A stretch of 59,228 nucleotides of DNA from positions 1-59,228 of the forward strand of contig DASWBF010000091.1 in the NCBI GenBank assembly GCA_036390735.1, written 5' to 3'. Shown one piece after another: positions 1-10,650 of the stretch; the stretch's first letter is position 1; each line of letters opens with the position of its first letter. A program made the position numbers and the translations under genes. The DNA comes from Mycobacterium sp. Lineage in GTDB: Bacteria; Actinomycetota; Actinomycetes; Mycobacteriales; Mycobacteriaceae. The notes beneath the pieces were generated by a model, which saw only the letters and a list, made by a program, of their open reading frames with translations, made no database searches and was not told the origin of the DNA.

Positions 1-447
1 TGCGGCGTCGTCGACGAGCTCACTGACCGCGGTGAGTTGTTGCACCACTTGGGCTTTGGACACCCTGTCGATCTTGGTGACGACCACGACGAGCGTGGTG
101 TTCGGAGCGACGGCCCGGATCTGCTCGACGATCCACCGGTCTCCCGGGCCTATTTCCTCGTCGGCCGGGATGCACAGGCAGATGACGTCGACCTCGCTGT
201 AGGTGTTGCGCACCAGGTCGTTGAGCCGCTTGCCGAGCAGCGTGCGGGGCCGGTGCAGCCCCGGGGTGTCGACCAGCACGATCTGGAAGTTGTCGCGGTG
301 CACGATGCCGCGGATGGTGTGGCGGGTGGTCTGCGGACGGTCCGACGTGATCGCGACCTTCGCGCCCACCAGCGCGTTCGTCAGCGTCGACTTGCCGGTG
401 TTCGGCCGGCCGACGAAACAGACGAAACCGGACCGGAAGTCAGTCAT
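1..447 (-). CDS. era: GTPase Era (3' end runs off the window)
   Basis: Manual translation from ATG at 447: MTDFRSGFVCFVGRPNTGKSTLTNALVGAKVAITSDRPQTTR...LVDTPG; G1/G2/G3 motifs of Era. Not in the ORF track. Confidence 0.97.
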   Translation of the reverse strand, partial: MTDFRSGFVCFVGRPNTGKSTLTNALVGAKVAITSDRPQTTRHTIRGIVHRDNFQIVLVDTPGLHRPRTLLGKRLNDLVRNTYSEVDVICLCIPADEEIGPGDRWIVEQIRAVAPNTTLVVVVTKIDRVSKAQVVQQLTAVSELVDDAA

Positions 448-457
448 GTTCGCTGGT

Positions 458-519
458 CGCCGAACGTGAACACAGTGCGAAAAATGGGCCGAAAAGTCGC
501 AGTGGCTTCACGTTCGGCG
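458..519. repeat. ~62 bp intergenic palindromic (REP-like) element
   Basis: Perfect 13-bp inverted repeat cgccgaacgtgaa / ttcacgttcggcg plus an inner tgcga/tcgca stem; near-identical architecture at 25280-25341. Confidence 0.8.
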
Positions 520-521
520 CC

Positions 522-830
522 TCACACGACGTTCCCGGCGCGATCGGTGACGATGATCGCCGCGTCGGGCGAGAGTTCACGCACTGCCGCGACGCCGGCG
601 TCGTCGGCGTCACCCCCCAGCAGCACGGCCGCCTCCAATGCGGTGGCACCGCTGGACACCGCCGCGGCGACCGCCGCCTGCAGCGCTGTCAGCTTGAGCG
701 CCGACAGATCAACGGGTGCGGCGGCATACGTGCGGCCGTCGGCATCACGGACGGCCGCACCAGTGGACGCGTCCGCGCGAGCCATCGCGCCTCTGGCCAG
801 CACCACCAGTTTCGCGTCCTCGTCATTCAT
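522..830 (-). CDS. Cytidine-deaminase-like protein (Rv2365c-like, catalytic motifs absent)
   Basis: [14 protein letters not shown]...[11 protein letters not shown] resembles the cdd N-terminal fold and it occupies the cdd position before era; no C/HAE or PCxxC motif. Confidence 0.75.
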   Translation of the reverse strand: MNDEDAKLVVLARGAMARADASTGAAVRDADGRTYAAAPVDLSALKLTALQAAVAAAVSSGATALEAAVLLGGDADDAGVAAVRELSPDAAIIVTDRAGNVV

Positions 831-2116
831 TCCTGGCCGTTCCCCTTGCGCTTGTCCGGGCTCACGAGCACTGTGCCGATCCGCACCCGGCCGCGATGGT
901 CATGCCCACCCTCGGCACGCAGTCGCAGCCCGTGCGACACCACCTCGGCCCCCGGCAGCGGCACGCGGCCCAGTTCGAGTGCCAACAGCCCGCCGACCGT
1001 GTCGACGTCGAGGTCCTCCTCGAATTCGACACCGTAGAGTTCGCCGACGTCCTCGATCGGCAGACGGGCGGACACCCGGAAATTCTTGTCCCCCAAGTCC
1101 TCTATCGGCGCGACTTCGTCGGTGTCGTATTCGTCGGCGATCTCGCCGACGATCTCCTCCAGCACGTCCTCGATCGTAGCCAGACCGGCGATCGCCCCGT
1201 ACTCGTCGACTAGCAGCGCCATGTGGTTGCGGTTGCGCTGCATCTCCCGCAGCAGAGCATCGAGCGGCTTGGAGTCGGGCACGAACACCGCCGGACGCAT
1301 CACCTCGGTCACCTTGGTGTCCCGGCCGCCGTTGCGGGAGTAATACGTCTGCTGGACAAGGTCTTTGAGATAGACGACGCCGACGACGTCGTCGACGTTC
1401 TCGCCGATCACCGGAATTCGGGAGTGCCCACTGCGCACGGCCAGCGACGTGGCCTGCCCTGCGTTCTTGTCGCTTTCGATCCACACCATCTCCGTGCGCG
1501 GCACCATGACCTCGCGGGCCGGGGTGTCGCCGAGCTCGAATACCGACTGGATCATCCGGCGCTCGTCGTCGGCGACCACACCGCGCTGCTGCGCCAAGTC
1601 CACAACCTCACGCAGCTCGATCTCGGACGCGAACGGACCGTTGCGAAAGCCACGGCCGGGGGTCAGCGCGTTGCCCAACAGCACCAGCAAGCGGCTGATG
1701 GGGGTCAGCAGCACCGAAATGGCTTGCAGCGGAACAGCAGATGCCAGCGCGATGGAGTACGCGTGCTGGCGTCCGAGGGTGCGCGGGGCCACCCCGATCG
1801 CGACGAAGCTGATCACCACCATCAGCGCCGCGGCGACCACCAGACCCCACTTCAGGCCGAGGTCATCCCACAGAAAGGCGACCAACAGGACCGTCGCGGC
1901 TGCCTCGCATGTAATGCGCAGCAGCACAATCAGGTTGACGTAGCGCGGGCGCTCGGCCATCACCCTTGCCAGGCGAACGGCACCCGGCCGCTCGTCGCGC
2001 ACCAGCTCTTCGACCCGCGCCATCGACACCGTACTGAGTGCGGCGTCGATGGCCGCGAACAATCCGCCGAGCGCGATCAGCACGATCGCGCCCACCAGGG
2101 CACCGATGCCGGTCAC
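827..2116 (-). CDS. Hemolysin/CNNM family protein (DUF21 + CBS + CorC)
   Basis: N-terminal TM helices; [20 protein letters not shown] and [25 protein letters not shown] motifs; GTG start overlaps the ybeY stop. Confidence 0.93.
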   Translation of the reverse strand: MTGIGALVGAIVLIALGGLFAAIDAALSTVSMARVEELVRDERPGAVRLARVMAERPRYVNLIVLLRITCEAAATVLLVAFLWDDLGLKWGLVVAAALMVVISFVAIGVAPRTLGRQHAYSIALASAVPLQAISVLLTPISRLLVLLGNALTPGRGFRNGPFASEIELREVVDLAQQRGVVADDERRMIQSVFELGDTPAREVMVPRTEMVWIESDKNAGQATSLAVRSGHSRIPVIGENVDDVVGVVYLKDLVQQTYYSRNGGRDTKVTEVMRPAVFVPDSKPLDALLREMQRNRNHMALLVDEYGAIAGLATIEDVLEEIVGEIADEYDTDEVAPIEDLGDKNFRVSARLPIEDVGELYGVEFEEDLDVDTVGGLLALELGRVPLPGAEVVSHGLRLRAEGGHDHRGRVRIGTVLVSPDKRKGNGQE

Positions 2117-2649
2117 GGTTCGTCGAAGTACCGCGACTTGTCCAGCAGCCGACGGTCTTTCTCGGTCTGGCGGTCCTGCTGGTACGCCTTCACCTGCTCG
2201 GCGACCCACTCCTCGAGCAGTTGGCGCTGCAGCGCGAACATCTCCTTCTCTTCCGCGGGCTCGCCATGGTCGAACCCGAGAAGATGTAGCACACCGTGAA
2301 TGGTGAGCAGCGCCAGCTCGTGTCCCAGCGAATGTCCCGCAGCGGCGGCATGTTCCGCGGCGAACTCAGGGCACAACACGATGTCGCCGAGCACCGCCGG
2401 TCCGGGCTCGGGCGCATCAGGACGGCCGCCGGGTTCGAGCTCGTCCATCGGGAAGCTCATCACGTCGGTGGGACCCGGCAGGTCCATCCACCGCATGTGC
2501 AGATCGGCCATCGAGTTGAGGTCCAGCAGAACCATGGACAGCTCGGCGGCCGGGTGGACGTTCATCTTGTCGATGACGAACCGGGCGACGCTGATCAGCT
2601 CGTCCTCGGAGACGTCGAGCCCGGACTCGTTGGCGACCTCGATGGACAT
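2113..2649 (-). CDS. ybeY: rRNA maturation endoribonuclease YbeY
   Basis: PTDVMSF and [11 protein letters not shown] (H3XH5XH) motifs; phoH-ybeY synteny. Confidence 0.97.
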   Translation of the reverse strand: MSIEVANESGLDVSEDELISVARFVIDKMNVHPAAELSMVLLDLNSMADLHMRWMDLPGPTDVMSFPMDELEPGGRPDAPEPGPAVLGDIVLCPEFAAEHAAAAGHSLGHELALLTIHGVLHLLGFDHGEPAEEKEMFALQRQLLEEWVAEQVKAYQQDRQTEKDRRLLDKSRYFDEP

Positions 2650-3671
2650 CAGCGTGTCCGGTGGGCGCGCCGTTGTGCACGGTTCATCGACAGCGACGAA
2701 TCCTCCGCGCGGGCATAGGCGTCGACAATCTCAGAGACCAGCTGGTGGCGCACCACGTCGGCACTTGTCAACTCTGCGACGTGGATGTCGTCGATGCCGT
2801 CGAGGATACCCACTGCTGCACGCAATCCGGATGTCGCGCCACTGGGCAAGTCCACCTGCGTAACATCCCCTGTCACAACGATTTTCGAGCCGAAGCCGAG
2901 CCGGGTGAGGAACATCTTCATCTGCTCGGGGGTGGTGTTCTGCGCCTCGTCGAGAATGATGAACGCGTCATTAATAGTGCGCCCGCGCATGAAAGCCAGC
3001 GGCGCGACCTCAATTACACCGCCGCTCATCAGCTTTGGGATCACCTCGGGATCCATCATGTCGTGCAGGGCGTCGTACAGCGGACGCAGGTAAGGGTCGA
3101 TCTTCTCGTACAGGGTGCCGGGCAGGAACCCAAGGCGCTCACCGGCTTCCACCGCGGGCCGGGTCAGGATGATCCGGGTGACCTGCTTGGTCTGAAGTGC
3201 GTTGACCGCCTTGGCCATTGCGAGATACGTCTTGCCCGTGCCGGCCGGGCCGATGGCGAACACGATCGTGTTCGCGTCGATGGCATCGACATAACGTTTC
3301 TGGTTGAGCGTCTTGGGCCGAATTGTCTTGCCGCGCCTGGACAAGATGTCAAGGCTGAGCACCTCGGCCGGTGACTCGTTGGCGTCGCCGGTCAGCATCG
3401 CGATGCTGTGACGTACCACCTCGGGCGTGAGGACTTGGCCGCCCGCCACCAACGCGATGAGCTCCGTGACGACGCGCTCGGCCAGCGCGACGTCAGCGGG
3501 TGAACCGGACAGCGTGACGGTGTTGCCGCGAGCATGCAGCTGCGCGGAGAGCACGCGTTCCATTGCGCGAAGGTTTTCGTCCGCGGAGCCAAGCAGGCCC
3601 ACGATGAGGTCGGGCGGAACATCGATGCTGCTTCGAACGGTCGGTGCAGCGCTTGTCTCGCGGGGCGTCAC
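2649..3671 (-). CDS. phoH: PhoH family ATPase
   Basis: GPAGTGKT Walker [16 protein letters not shown] and LDEAQN; start placed at GTG 3671 (VTPRE...). Confidence 0.95.
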   Translation of the reverse strand: MTPRETSAAPTVRSSIDVPPDLIVGLLGSADENLRAMERVLSAQLHARGNTVTLSGSPADVALAERVVTELIALVAGGQVLTPEVVRHSIAMLTGDANESPAEVLSLDILSRRGKTIRPKTLNQKRYVDAIDANTIVFAIGPAGTGKTYLAMAKAVNALQTKQVTRIILTRPAVEAGERLGFLPGTLYEKIDPYLRPLYDALHDMMDPEVIPKLMSGGVIEVAPLAFMRGRTINDAFIILDEAQNTTPEQMKMFLTRLGFGSKIVVTGDVTQVDLPSGATSGLRAAVGILDGIDDIHVAELTSADVVRHQLVSEIVDAYARAEDSSLSMNRAQRRAHRTR

Positions 3672-3830
3672 GTGGTTACCAGAGCCTGCTTTCTTTCGTA
3701 TGGCGGGCTTTACAACGAATGCCAGTCTACCGCCGGGCGCTCCGGTGTCCCAGCGAATACGGACCTGAGGGTCGCAGTACGTGGCAATATTCGTGGTTGT
3801 CGCAACCGCACGCGTGCGGGAGGGGAATAC

Positions 3831-5051
3831 ATGACGACGTCGCGCTTGGTATTCGATCCGTTCTCGCAGGAGTTCTTCGACAATCCGTACGAGATATACC
3901 GGCGGATGCGCGATGAAGAGCCGGTCTACTACGACGAAGAGCGCGACTTTTACGCGCTGACCCGTCACGAGGACGTGGCGGCAGCCTTCAAGAATTTCGA
4001 GACGTTCTCGTCGGCCTACGGCCTTGATCTGGCCATGGTGAAATCCGGAGGACCGCCACTGGACATCAAGCTCCTCCAACTCATGGATCCCCCGCAACAC
4101 CGGCACATGGGAAGCGTGTTGAACAAGATGTTCACGCCGCGGGCCGTGCAAGCCCAGGAATCGATGATCACCGCGACGATCGACAAGTACCTCGACGCCA
4201 TCGACGGCGATGAGTTCGACGCCGTGCAGCAGCTCACCGCGCCGTTCCCGGTCGAGGTGATCACGGCGATGCTCGGAGTGCCCGACGAGTACGTCCAGCA
4301 GGTGCGCCTGTGGGTAGACGCGACGCTGCACCGCGAGCCCGGCCAGATCGAGATGGGTGCAGCCGGTCTGCAGGCCGTCGTCGAACAGATGGCGTTCTAT
4401 CACAGCCTGATACAGGAGCATCGGGACCAGCCCCGCGACGACCTGTTCAACATGCTCATCGAGGCCGAGATCGAACGCGACGACGGCGGAAAATCACACC
4501 TCAGTGATATCGAAATCGCCGGTTTCGCAACGCAACTCGGCGGAGCGGGTGCCGAGACGGTGACCAAGCTGCTCGGCAACGCCGTCTATCTGTTCGCCCG
4601 CAACCCCGACCAGTGGCAGAAGTTGCTCGACGACCGGAGCAAGATCCCGGCCGCAGTCGAGGAACTTCTGCGCTTCGAGCCGCCGGCACAGTACGACGTC
4701 CGCTGCTCCATCAGAGAGATCACCGTGCGCGGGGTGACGATTCCTCCGCGCAAACCCGTGTTCCTTCTCATCGGCTCGGCGAACCGCGATCCCCGCGCGT
4801 GGACGGACGTCGACACGTTCGACATCGACCGCAACCGCACCGAAGCCCAAAACCTCGGATTGGGCTACGGCATCCACAGTTGTCTCGGCGCAGCCCTGGC
4901 CCGGATGGAAAGCGCTATCGCGCTGGAGAAGCTGCCGGACTTCATGCCACGTTACGAAGTCGACTGGGATGGCTGCAGGCGCGTGCACATGCAAAACGTG
5001 ATCGGCTGGTCCAACGTCCCCGTACGGATTATTCGCGAGCCCACCGCGTAG
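3831..5051 (+). CDS. Cytochrome P450
   Basis: I-helix GAGAETV, EELLR (ExxR) and heme motif [10 protein letters not shown]; ATG 3831 preceded by GGAGG. Confidence 0.96.
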   Translation: MTTSRLVFDPFSQEFFDNPYEIYRRMRDEEPVYYDEERDFYALTRHEDVAAAFKNFETFSSAYGLDLAMVKSGGPPLDIKLLQLMDPPQHRHMGSVLNKMFTPRAVQAQESMITATIDKYLDAIDGDEFDAVQQLTAPFPVEVITAMLGVPDEYVQQVRLWVDATLHREPGQIEMGAAGLQAVVEQMAFYHSLIQEHRDQPRDDLFNMLIEAEIERDDGGKSHLSDIEIAGFATQLGGAGAETVTKLLGNAVYLFARNPDQWQKLLDDRSKIPAAVEELLRFEPPAQYDVRCSIREITVRGVTIPPRKPVFLLIGSANRDPRAWTDVDTFDIDRNRTEAQNLGLGYGIHSCLGAALARMESAIALEKLPDFMPRYEVDWDGCRRVHMQNVIGWSNVPVRIIREPTA

Positions 5052-5766
5052 TCAGCACTCCCAACGCACCCAGCGCCACCGCCGCGGCTGTCGACGTGCG
5101 CAGGATCGTCGGGCCCAGTCGCACGGCAACCGCGCCGGCGGTCGTCAGCGCCTCGAGCTCCTCATCCGGGATTCCACCCTCCGGGCCGACCACAAGAACG
5201 ATTGAATCAGCCTGCGCCACATGCTTTTCCGACAGCACCTCGGCCGCCGACTCGTGCAGGACGAGTGTGGTGTCGTCGGCGATGCGGGGTAGAAGTTCGG
5301 CGGTCGACACCGGGCCGCTGACCACCGGGATGTGCGCGCGACGCGACTGGCGAGCTGCGGACCGGGCGACCGCGCGCCACCGCCGCAGTCCCTTCTCCGC
5401 ACGCGCGGAATCCCAGCGGGCCACGCATCGGGCCGCCTGCCAGGCGACGAACTCGTCAGCGCCGGCCTCGGTCGCCGATTCGATCGCCAGCTCCGACCTC
5501 TCCGCCTTCGGCAGCGCCTGCACCACCGTGACGGAGGGCTGTGCGGGCGGCACGCTCCACCGGCTCAGCACACGCGCGTGAAGCGCGCCGCGGTCGACGT
5601 CGGAGACCTCACATGACGCCAGCTCTCCGGCGCCGTCGCCGAGCAGCAGCTGTTCGCCGGGCCGAATCCGCCGCACGGTGGCGGCATGAAACCGTTCGTC
5701 ACCCGACACCGTCGCAACCGCGCCCTCGGCGGGCAGCGCGTCGACGTAGAAGAGCGGCCCTCCCAA
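5029..5766 (-). CDS. rsmE: 16S rRNA m3U1498 methyltransferase RsmE
   Basis: HAATVRR, VGPEGG and [16 protein letters not shown] motifs; immediately downstream of dnaJ; start (TTG) uncertain. Confidence 0.95.
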   Translation of the reverse strand: MGGPLFYVDALPAEGAVATVSGDERFHAATVRRIRPGEQLLLGDGAGELASCEVSDVDRGALHARVLSRWSVPPAQPSVTVVQALPKAERSELAIESATEAGADEFVAWQAARCVARWDSARAEKGLRRWRAVARSAARQSRRAHIPVVSGPVSTAELLPRIADDTTLVLHESAAEVLSEKHVAQADSIVLVVGPEGGIPDEELEALTTAGAVAVRLGPTILRTSTAAAVALGALGVLTTRWARE

Positions 5767-5767
5767 G

Positions 5768-6910
5768 TCAGCGACCGGTGAACGTCTCACGCAGGCGACT
5801 GAAGAATCCGCCGCCGCCGCCCGCGGCGTGCGGCGACTTCACCTCCGCCACGTCGTCACGACGCTTCTTCAGCTCGCGCAGCAGCTCGGCGTCGTGGTGA
5901 TCCAGCCGGGTCGGCACCGTCACCTCGACGTGAACGTGCAGATCACCGCGCACTCCGGTGCGAAGATGCGGCATCCCGTGGCCGCGCAGCGTCACCACCG
6001 ACCCGGGCTGCGTGCCTCCGGGAAGTTTGACCTCGGTGGGGCCATCGAGGATCGCGTCGACGGTCACATCGGTGCCGAGCGCGGCATCCACCATCGGCAC
6101 CGAGACGGTGCAGTGCAGATCGTCGCTGTCGCGGATGAACACGTCGTGCTGCTGCTCGTGGACCTCCACGTAGAGATCTCCGGCAGGACCGCCTCCCGGG
6201 CCCACCTCACCCTGTGCAGCCAGCCGGATCCGCATCCCGTCGCCGACCCCGGCCGGGATCTTGACGCTGATCTCGCGGCGCGCCCGTACCCGCCCGTCGC
6301 CGCCGCACCGGTAGCAGGGGTCGAGGATGACCTCGCCGACACCCCGGCAGGTGGGGCACGGCCGTGACGTCATCACCTGACCGAGCAGCGAGCGCTGCAC
6401 GCTCTGCACTTCGCCTCGTCCGCCGCACGTGTCGCAGCGCACCGGGTTGGAGTTGTCGTTGGTGCCCTTGCCTTGGCATTTGTCGCACAGCACGGCGGTG
6501 TCGACGGTGACCTGCTTGGTCACCCCGGTCGCGCATTCCTCGAGGTCCAGCCGCAGGCGCAACAGCGAGTCCGCGCCGGGCCGCACCCGCCCGATCGGCC
6601 CGCGGGATGCCGATCCGCCCCCGAAGAACGCCTCGAACACGTCGCCGAGGCCGCCGAAGCCGGTGCCGAATCCATTTCCGCTGGTCGCGGCGTTTTCCAT
6701 CGGGTCGCCGCCCAAGTCGACGATGCGCCGCTTCTCCGGGTCGCTGAGCACCTCGTACGCGACGCTGATTTCCTTGAACCGCGCCTGGGCCCCCTCGTCG
6801 GGGTTGACGTCGGGATGAAGCTCGCGGGCCAGCTTCCGGTACGCGCGTTTGATCTCCGCGTCACTGGCGTTCCTGCTCACTCCGAGCAGCGCGTAGTAGT
6901 CCCGTGCCAC
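5768..6910 (-). CDS. dnaJ: Chaperone DnaJ (DnaJ2)
   Basis: J-domain HPD, G/F region and four CxxCxGxG repeats. Confidence 0.98.
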   Translation of the reverse strand: MARDYYALLGVSRNASDAEIKRAYRKLARELHPDVNPDEGAQARFKEISVAYEVLSDPEKRRIVDLGGDPMENAATSGNGFGTGFGGLGDVFEAFFGGGSASRGPIGRVRPGADSLLRLRLDLEECATGVTKQVTVDTAVLCDKCQGKGTNDNSNPVRCDTCGGRGEVQSVQRSLLGQVMTSRPCPTCRGVGEVILDPCYRCGGDGRVRARREISVKIPAGVGDGMRIRLAAQGEVGPGGGPAGDLYVEVHEQQHDVFIRDSDDLHCTVSVPMVDAALGTDVTVDAILDGPTEVKLPGGTQPGSVVTLRGHGMPHLRTGVRGDLHVHVEVTVPTRLDHHDAELLRELKKRRDDVAEVKSPHAAGGGGGFFSRLRETFTGR

Positions 6911-6920
6911 GAGAACCTTT

Positions 6921-7952
6921 CTACCTACGACCTAAGACATCGCCGATGTACATGGCAACCGCAGCGACACTAGCGATAGTTCCCGGATAGTCCATTCGTG
7001 TGGGGCCGAGCACACCCATGCCGCCGTACACGTCGCCGTCGGCGCCGTAGGTGGTGGTGACCACCGAGGTGGCGGCCATCTCCTCGACCTCTGTCTCGTG
7101 GCCGATCCGCACTGTCACCTTGCCGGCCTGCTGCTGCGCCTGAAGCAGCCGCAGGACGACTACCTGCTCTTCGAGCGCCTCGAGGATCGACCGCAGCGAG
7201 CCGCCGAAGTCGGCGGTGTTGCGGGTCAGATTGGCGGTGCCGCCGAGCAGCAGCCGGTCTTCGGCGTGCTCGACCAGCGACTCCAGCAGCACGGTGGCCG
7301 ACCGGCCCACCGCGTCGCCCAACGTGCCCTTGGGGCCGATCTCGGACGCCAGGTCGGCCACGGCCGCCGACGCCGCCGACAACCGCTTGCCGTCGAGCGC
7401 CTGGCCCAGCATGTCGCGCAGCTGGGCGAGCTGATGGTCGTCGATGACGTCGCCGAGCTCGACGACGCGCTGGTCGACGCGACCCGAGTCGGTGATCACC
7501 ACGAGCAGCAACCGCGCCGGCGTCAGCGCCACCACCTCGACGTGCCGCACGGTGGACGACGACAGCGTCGGATACTGCACGACGGCGACCTGGCGGGTCA
7601 GCTGCGCGAGCAGCCGCACCGCGCGGCGCAGCACGTCGTCGAGATCCACGCCGGATTCCAGAAATCCCTGGATCGCGCGCCTCTCCGCGGTGGACAGCGG
7701 CTTGACGTCGTCGAGCCGGTCGACGAACTCGCGGTAGCCCTTCTCGGTGGGGATGCGACCCGAGCTGGTGTGAGGCTGGGCGATGTAGCCCTCGGCCTCC
7801 AGGACAGCCATGTCGTTGCGGACGGTTGCGCTGGATACGCCGAGGTTGTGCCGCTCGACCAACGTCTTCGACCCGATCGGCTCTTTGGTGGCGACGAAGT
7901 CGGCGACGATCGCGCGCAAGACGTCGAAACGACGATCTTCAGCATGTCCCAT
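6921..7952 (-). CDS. hrcA: Heat-inducible transcription repressor HrcA
   Basis: [28 protein letters not shown] and [10 protein letters not shown]; start MGHAEDRRF at 7952. Confidence 0.97.
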   Translation of the reverse strand: MGHAEDRRFDVLRAIVADFVATKEPIGSKTLVERHNLGVSSATVRNDMAVLEAEGYIAQPHTSSGRIPTEKGYREFVDRLDDVKPLSTAERRAIQGFLESGVDLDDVLRRAVRLLAQLTRQVAVVQYPTLSSSTVRHVEVVALTPARLLLVVITDSGRVDQRVVELGDVIDDHQLAQLRDMLGQALDGKRLSAASAAVADLASEIGPKGTLGDAVGRSATVLLESLVEHAEDRLLLGGTANLTRNTADFGGSLRSILEALEEQVVVLRLLQAQQQAGKVTVRIGHETEVEEMAATSVVTTTYGADGDVYGGMGVLGPTRMDYPGTIASVAAVAMYIGDVLGRR

Positions 7953-8058
7953 CGGATTCACCTCCCACTCGACCCATTTTACGGTGATCAATTGGGTGGA
8001 TCCGCAGCGAGCACGCCAGCGTTCGGCGTTTGCGCCAAAGACGACTACCCTTCTCGAC

Positions 8059-8135
8059 CAGTGATGAGCCGCTTGCGCGAAGAACAGAATGCAGTGATGA
8101 GCCGCTTGCGCGAAGAACAGAATGCAGTGATGAGC
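8059..8135 (+). repeat. Tandem 33-bp MIRU-like repeat (2.3 copies) encoding the mini-[30 protein letters not shown]
   Basis: cagtgatgagccgcttgcgcgaagaacagaatg twice plus a partial copy; same core at 18714 and 28910-28940. Confidence 0.9.
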
Positions 8136-8136
8136 G

Positions 8137-8451
8137 ATGATCTTTAAGGGCGTCCGCGACGGCAAGCCGTATCCCGATCACGGTTTGTCGTATCGCGATT
8201 GGGCTCAGATTCCCCCGCGACAGATCCGCCTCGACGAGTTGGTCACCACCACAACGGTGCTCGCGCTCGACCGGCTGCTCTCCGAGGACTCGACGTTCTA
8301 CGGCGACCTGTTCCCACATGCGGTGAAGTGGAGGGGCGTGGTCTACCTCGAGGACGGCCTGCATCGCGCGGTGCGCGCCGCACTGCGAAACCGGGTGGTG
8401 CTGCACGCGCGGCTGCTGGACATGGACGAGCTGCAGGCGCAGCGGGCCTAG
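8137..8451 (+). CDS. Conserved actinobacterial protein (Rv2375-like) with ParB/Srx-like LEDGLHR motif
   Basis: Divergent from hrcA as in other mycobacteria; motif [12 protein letters not shown]. Confidence 0.85.
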   Translation: MIFKGVRDGKPYPDHGLSYRDWAQIPPRQIRLDELVTTTTVLALDRLLSEDSTFYGDLFPHAVKWRGVVYLEDGLHRAVRAALRNRVVLHARLLDMDELQAQRA

Positions 8452-9134
8452 CTCGGCCGGTTGCGCTGCCACGGCCACGTCATCAGCGCCCACACAGCGA
8501 GGATCAGCGCGGCCGCGGTGAAGATGTAGACCGGCCACGGGCCGAGCACATCCAACATCGACGCGGTGGCTGGTTTGCGGTTGAGGAAACCGTAATTCGT
8601 TCCGGCGATCCTGTTGTACGTGAACGTGACGGCCGCCCAGATCGCGGTGGTGACGGCCGCGACCCGATAGCTGCGCCAGGTGGGCCGCATGCCCCGGCCC
8701 CAGGTCAGGTAGATCGCGGCCCAGACGACGAGCAAGTGAATGCTCCAGAACGCGAGGAAATGCAGGCTGGGGAAGTCCAGGCCGATGAGGACCGGCGACA
8801 CCAGCGCTTGAGCACTCAGAACCAGCCCCCAGTAGTACGTGAGCGCGAACGCCCAGTGCCGCTGTGACCACAACGCGTAGGCCGCGGCGACGGTCGCGAG
8901 GTCGGTCAGGCGCAGCGGTACCGGTGGCGGGATGCGGGGGTCGAAGACCGAGTACATCAGCGCGGCGCCGTACACCGCGAAGGTCAGTGCCCCCAGGATG
9001 CGGCCGAGCAGCCGCGCTTGGGATTCGGATTGCCGGCGTCCCGCCCACACCAGTGCCACCGCTCCGATCACGAACACGGCCAGCACGGCCCAGTGCGACG
9101 GGCCGTACATGGAGAACTGACGCTCGGCGGACAT
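8448..9134 (-). CDS. Integral membrane protein, YwaF/TIGR02206-like
   Basis: PLRLTDLA and GTNYGFLNRKP..SMLDVLGPWPVY; multiple TM segments. Confidence 0.85.
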   Translation of the reverse strand: MSAERQFSMYGPSHWAVLAVFVIGAVALVWAGRRQSESQARLLGRILGALTFAVYGAALMYSVFDPRIPPPVPLRLTDLATVAAAYALWSQRHWAFALTYYWGLVLSAQALVSPVLIGLDFPSLHFLAFWSIHLLVVWAAIYLTWGRGMRPTWRSYRVAAVTTAIWAAVTFTYNRIAGTNYGFLNRKPATASMLDVLGPWPVYIFTAAALILAVWALMTWPWQRNRPS

Positions 9135-9139
9135 CGAAG

Positions 9140-10276
9140 CTAACCGAGCAGCGTCCGGACCACACCGTCGGCCAGCAGGCGGCCGCGGTCGGTGAGCACC
9201 AGCCTGTCGGCGTCGCGCACCAACAACCCGTCAGCGATCGCGGTCTGTGCGCGCGCCATCTCCGCATCGTCCAGCGCGGCGGCCGGAAGCCCGCTGCGCA
9301 TCCGGATCGACAGCATCACGGTTTCGGTGTGCGTCTCGACGGGCCCGAGCTCCTCGAACCCCGCGACCGGTAGTGCCCCTTCGGCAAGCGCGGCCGCATA
9401 TGCGTTGGGGTGCTTGATATTCCACCACCGCGTCGATCCGACGAACCCGTGCGCGCCGGGGCCTGCGCCCCACCACTCGCCGCCGTTCCAGTAGCCGACG
9501 TTGTGCCGGCATTCGCCGCCGGGTCGGGCCCAGTTCGACACCTCGTACCAGTCGAAGCCGGCGTCGGCCATCTGTGCGTCGAGCAATTCGTAGCGGCGAG
9601 CCAGCACGTCGTCGTCGGGCGCGTCGACCTCGCCGCGACGCACTCGCCGTGCCAACGCGGTGCCGTCCTCGACGACCAGCGCGTAGGCCGACACATGGTC
9701 GACACCAGCCTCGACGGCCGTGTCCACCGAGCGCAGCAGATCGTCGTCGCTCTCCCCCGGCGTGCCGTAGATCAGGTCCAGGCTGACGTGCCGAAACCCG
9801 GCGGCAAGCGCCTCCTCGACAGCGGCCACCGCGCGTCCCGGTGAGTGGACGCGGTCCAGCACTCTCAACACGTGCGGCGTCACGGATTGCATGCCCAGTG
9901 ACATTCGCGTGTACCCCGCGGCCAGCAGCGCGTCGAACAGTTCCGGGGACGTCGACTCCGGGTTGGCCTCGGTCGTCACTTCCGCGTCGGGCACCAGGCC
10001 GAAGTTCTCACGAACCGCGTCAAGCACCGCGGCCAGGCGGTCGGCACCCAGCACGGACGGGGTGCCGCCGCCGACGAACACGGTGTCGACGGGTTGGGCG
10101 CCGGCCAGTTCGGCCGCCAGCCGCAGCTCCGCGCGCAGCGCTTCTAGCCAGGCGTCCGGGTTCGCACCGCCCAGTTCGGCGGGCGTGTAGGTGTTGAAGT
10201 CGCAGTATCCGCACCGGGTGGCGCAGAACGGCACATGCACGTAGACGCCGAACTGACGGTCGGGCGTTCTCGTCAT
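9140..10276 (-). CDS. hemW: Radical SAM heme chaperone HemW (HemN-like)
   Basis: YVHVPFCATRCGYCDF, GGGTPS, YEVSNW and RHNVGYW. Confidence 0.93.
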   Translation of the reverse strand: MTRTPDRQFGVYVHVPFCATRCGYCDFNTYTPAELGGANPDAWLEALRAELRLAAELAGAQPVDTVFVGGGTPSVLGADRLAAVLDAVRENFGLVPDAEVTTEANPESTSPELFDALLAAGYTRMSLGMQSVTPHVLRVLDRVHSPGRAVAAVEEALAAGFRHVSLDLIYGTPGESDDDLLRSVDTAVEAGVDHVSAYALVVEDGTALARRVRRGEVDAPDDDVLARRYELLDAQMADAGFDWYEVSNWARPGGECRHNVGYWNGGEWWGAGPGAHGFVGSTRWWNIKHPNAYAAALAEGALPVAGFEELGPVETHTETVMLSIRMRSGLPAAALDDAEMARAQTAIADGLLVRDADRLVLTDRGRLLADGVVRTLLG

Positions 10277-10298
10277 GCCCCGAGTCTGCCCGGCCCCG

Positions 10299-10362
10299 CG
10301 CCGAGACTGCCGTGGGCGAGGCACTTACTCGGACTTTTCCGCGCGGAATGCAAATTTCGGCG
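10299..10362. repeat. ~64 bp intergenic palindromic (REP-like) element
   Basis: cgccgagactgc ... gcaaatttcggcg arms; same length and ends as the other copies. Confidence 0.6.
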
Positions 10363-10445
10363 CGAGGGACAACCACTTTTGCTCACCCTGAGCGCAAATC
10401 TGGGCCGGTTAGGGCACACGCGGGTGCTCATGGCACAATGGCCAC

Positions 10446-10538
10446 GTGACCGTCGCCAGCCTCCACCTCAACATCTCGTTGGTGGCGCGGCGGCATGTCG
10501 ATTTCAAGCGCGTCTGTAGCTGTTGCTGTCTGCCTTGA
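10446..10538 (+). CDS. Leaderless Cys-rich leader peptide upstream of sirA (Ms4527A-type)
   Basis: GTG..TGA encodes MTVASLHLNISLVARRHVDFKRVCSCCCLP; -10-like CACAAT 6 nt before the GTG. Confidence 0.88.
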   Translation: MTVASLHLNISLVARRHVDFKRVCSCCCLP

Positions 10539-10650
10539 CGTCGTAGACCCGCCCACCTGAACTTCCAGCTGGCCGCCGGATCTGCGCCGCCGGACAGCCA
10601 CCGGTGGATTGCGCGTTCCGAAGGCCGGCTCTGACGAGGAGCCACCACTC

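Noticed and set aside
37-1179. Long ORFs antisense to real genes (e.g. 37-1179, 14182-15933, 33141-34952, 33304-35388, 49669-51528)
   Set aside because: Shadow ORFs typical of high-GC DNA; no motifs, and they overlap well-supported genes on the other strand.
2649-4421. 590-aa PhoH with long N-terminal extension (likewise 679-aa ComEA, 770-aa alpha-E, 601-aa WS/DGAT)
   Set aside because: The extensions are shadows of neighbouring genes; the real starts are downstream.
7953-8058. CIRCE element upstream of hrcA
   Set aside because: No TTAGCACTC-N9-GAGTGCTAA match found.
8059-8135. 33-bp repeats as a CRISPR array
   Set aside because: Directly tandem, with no spacers and no cas genes.
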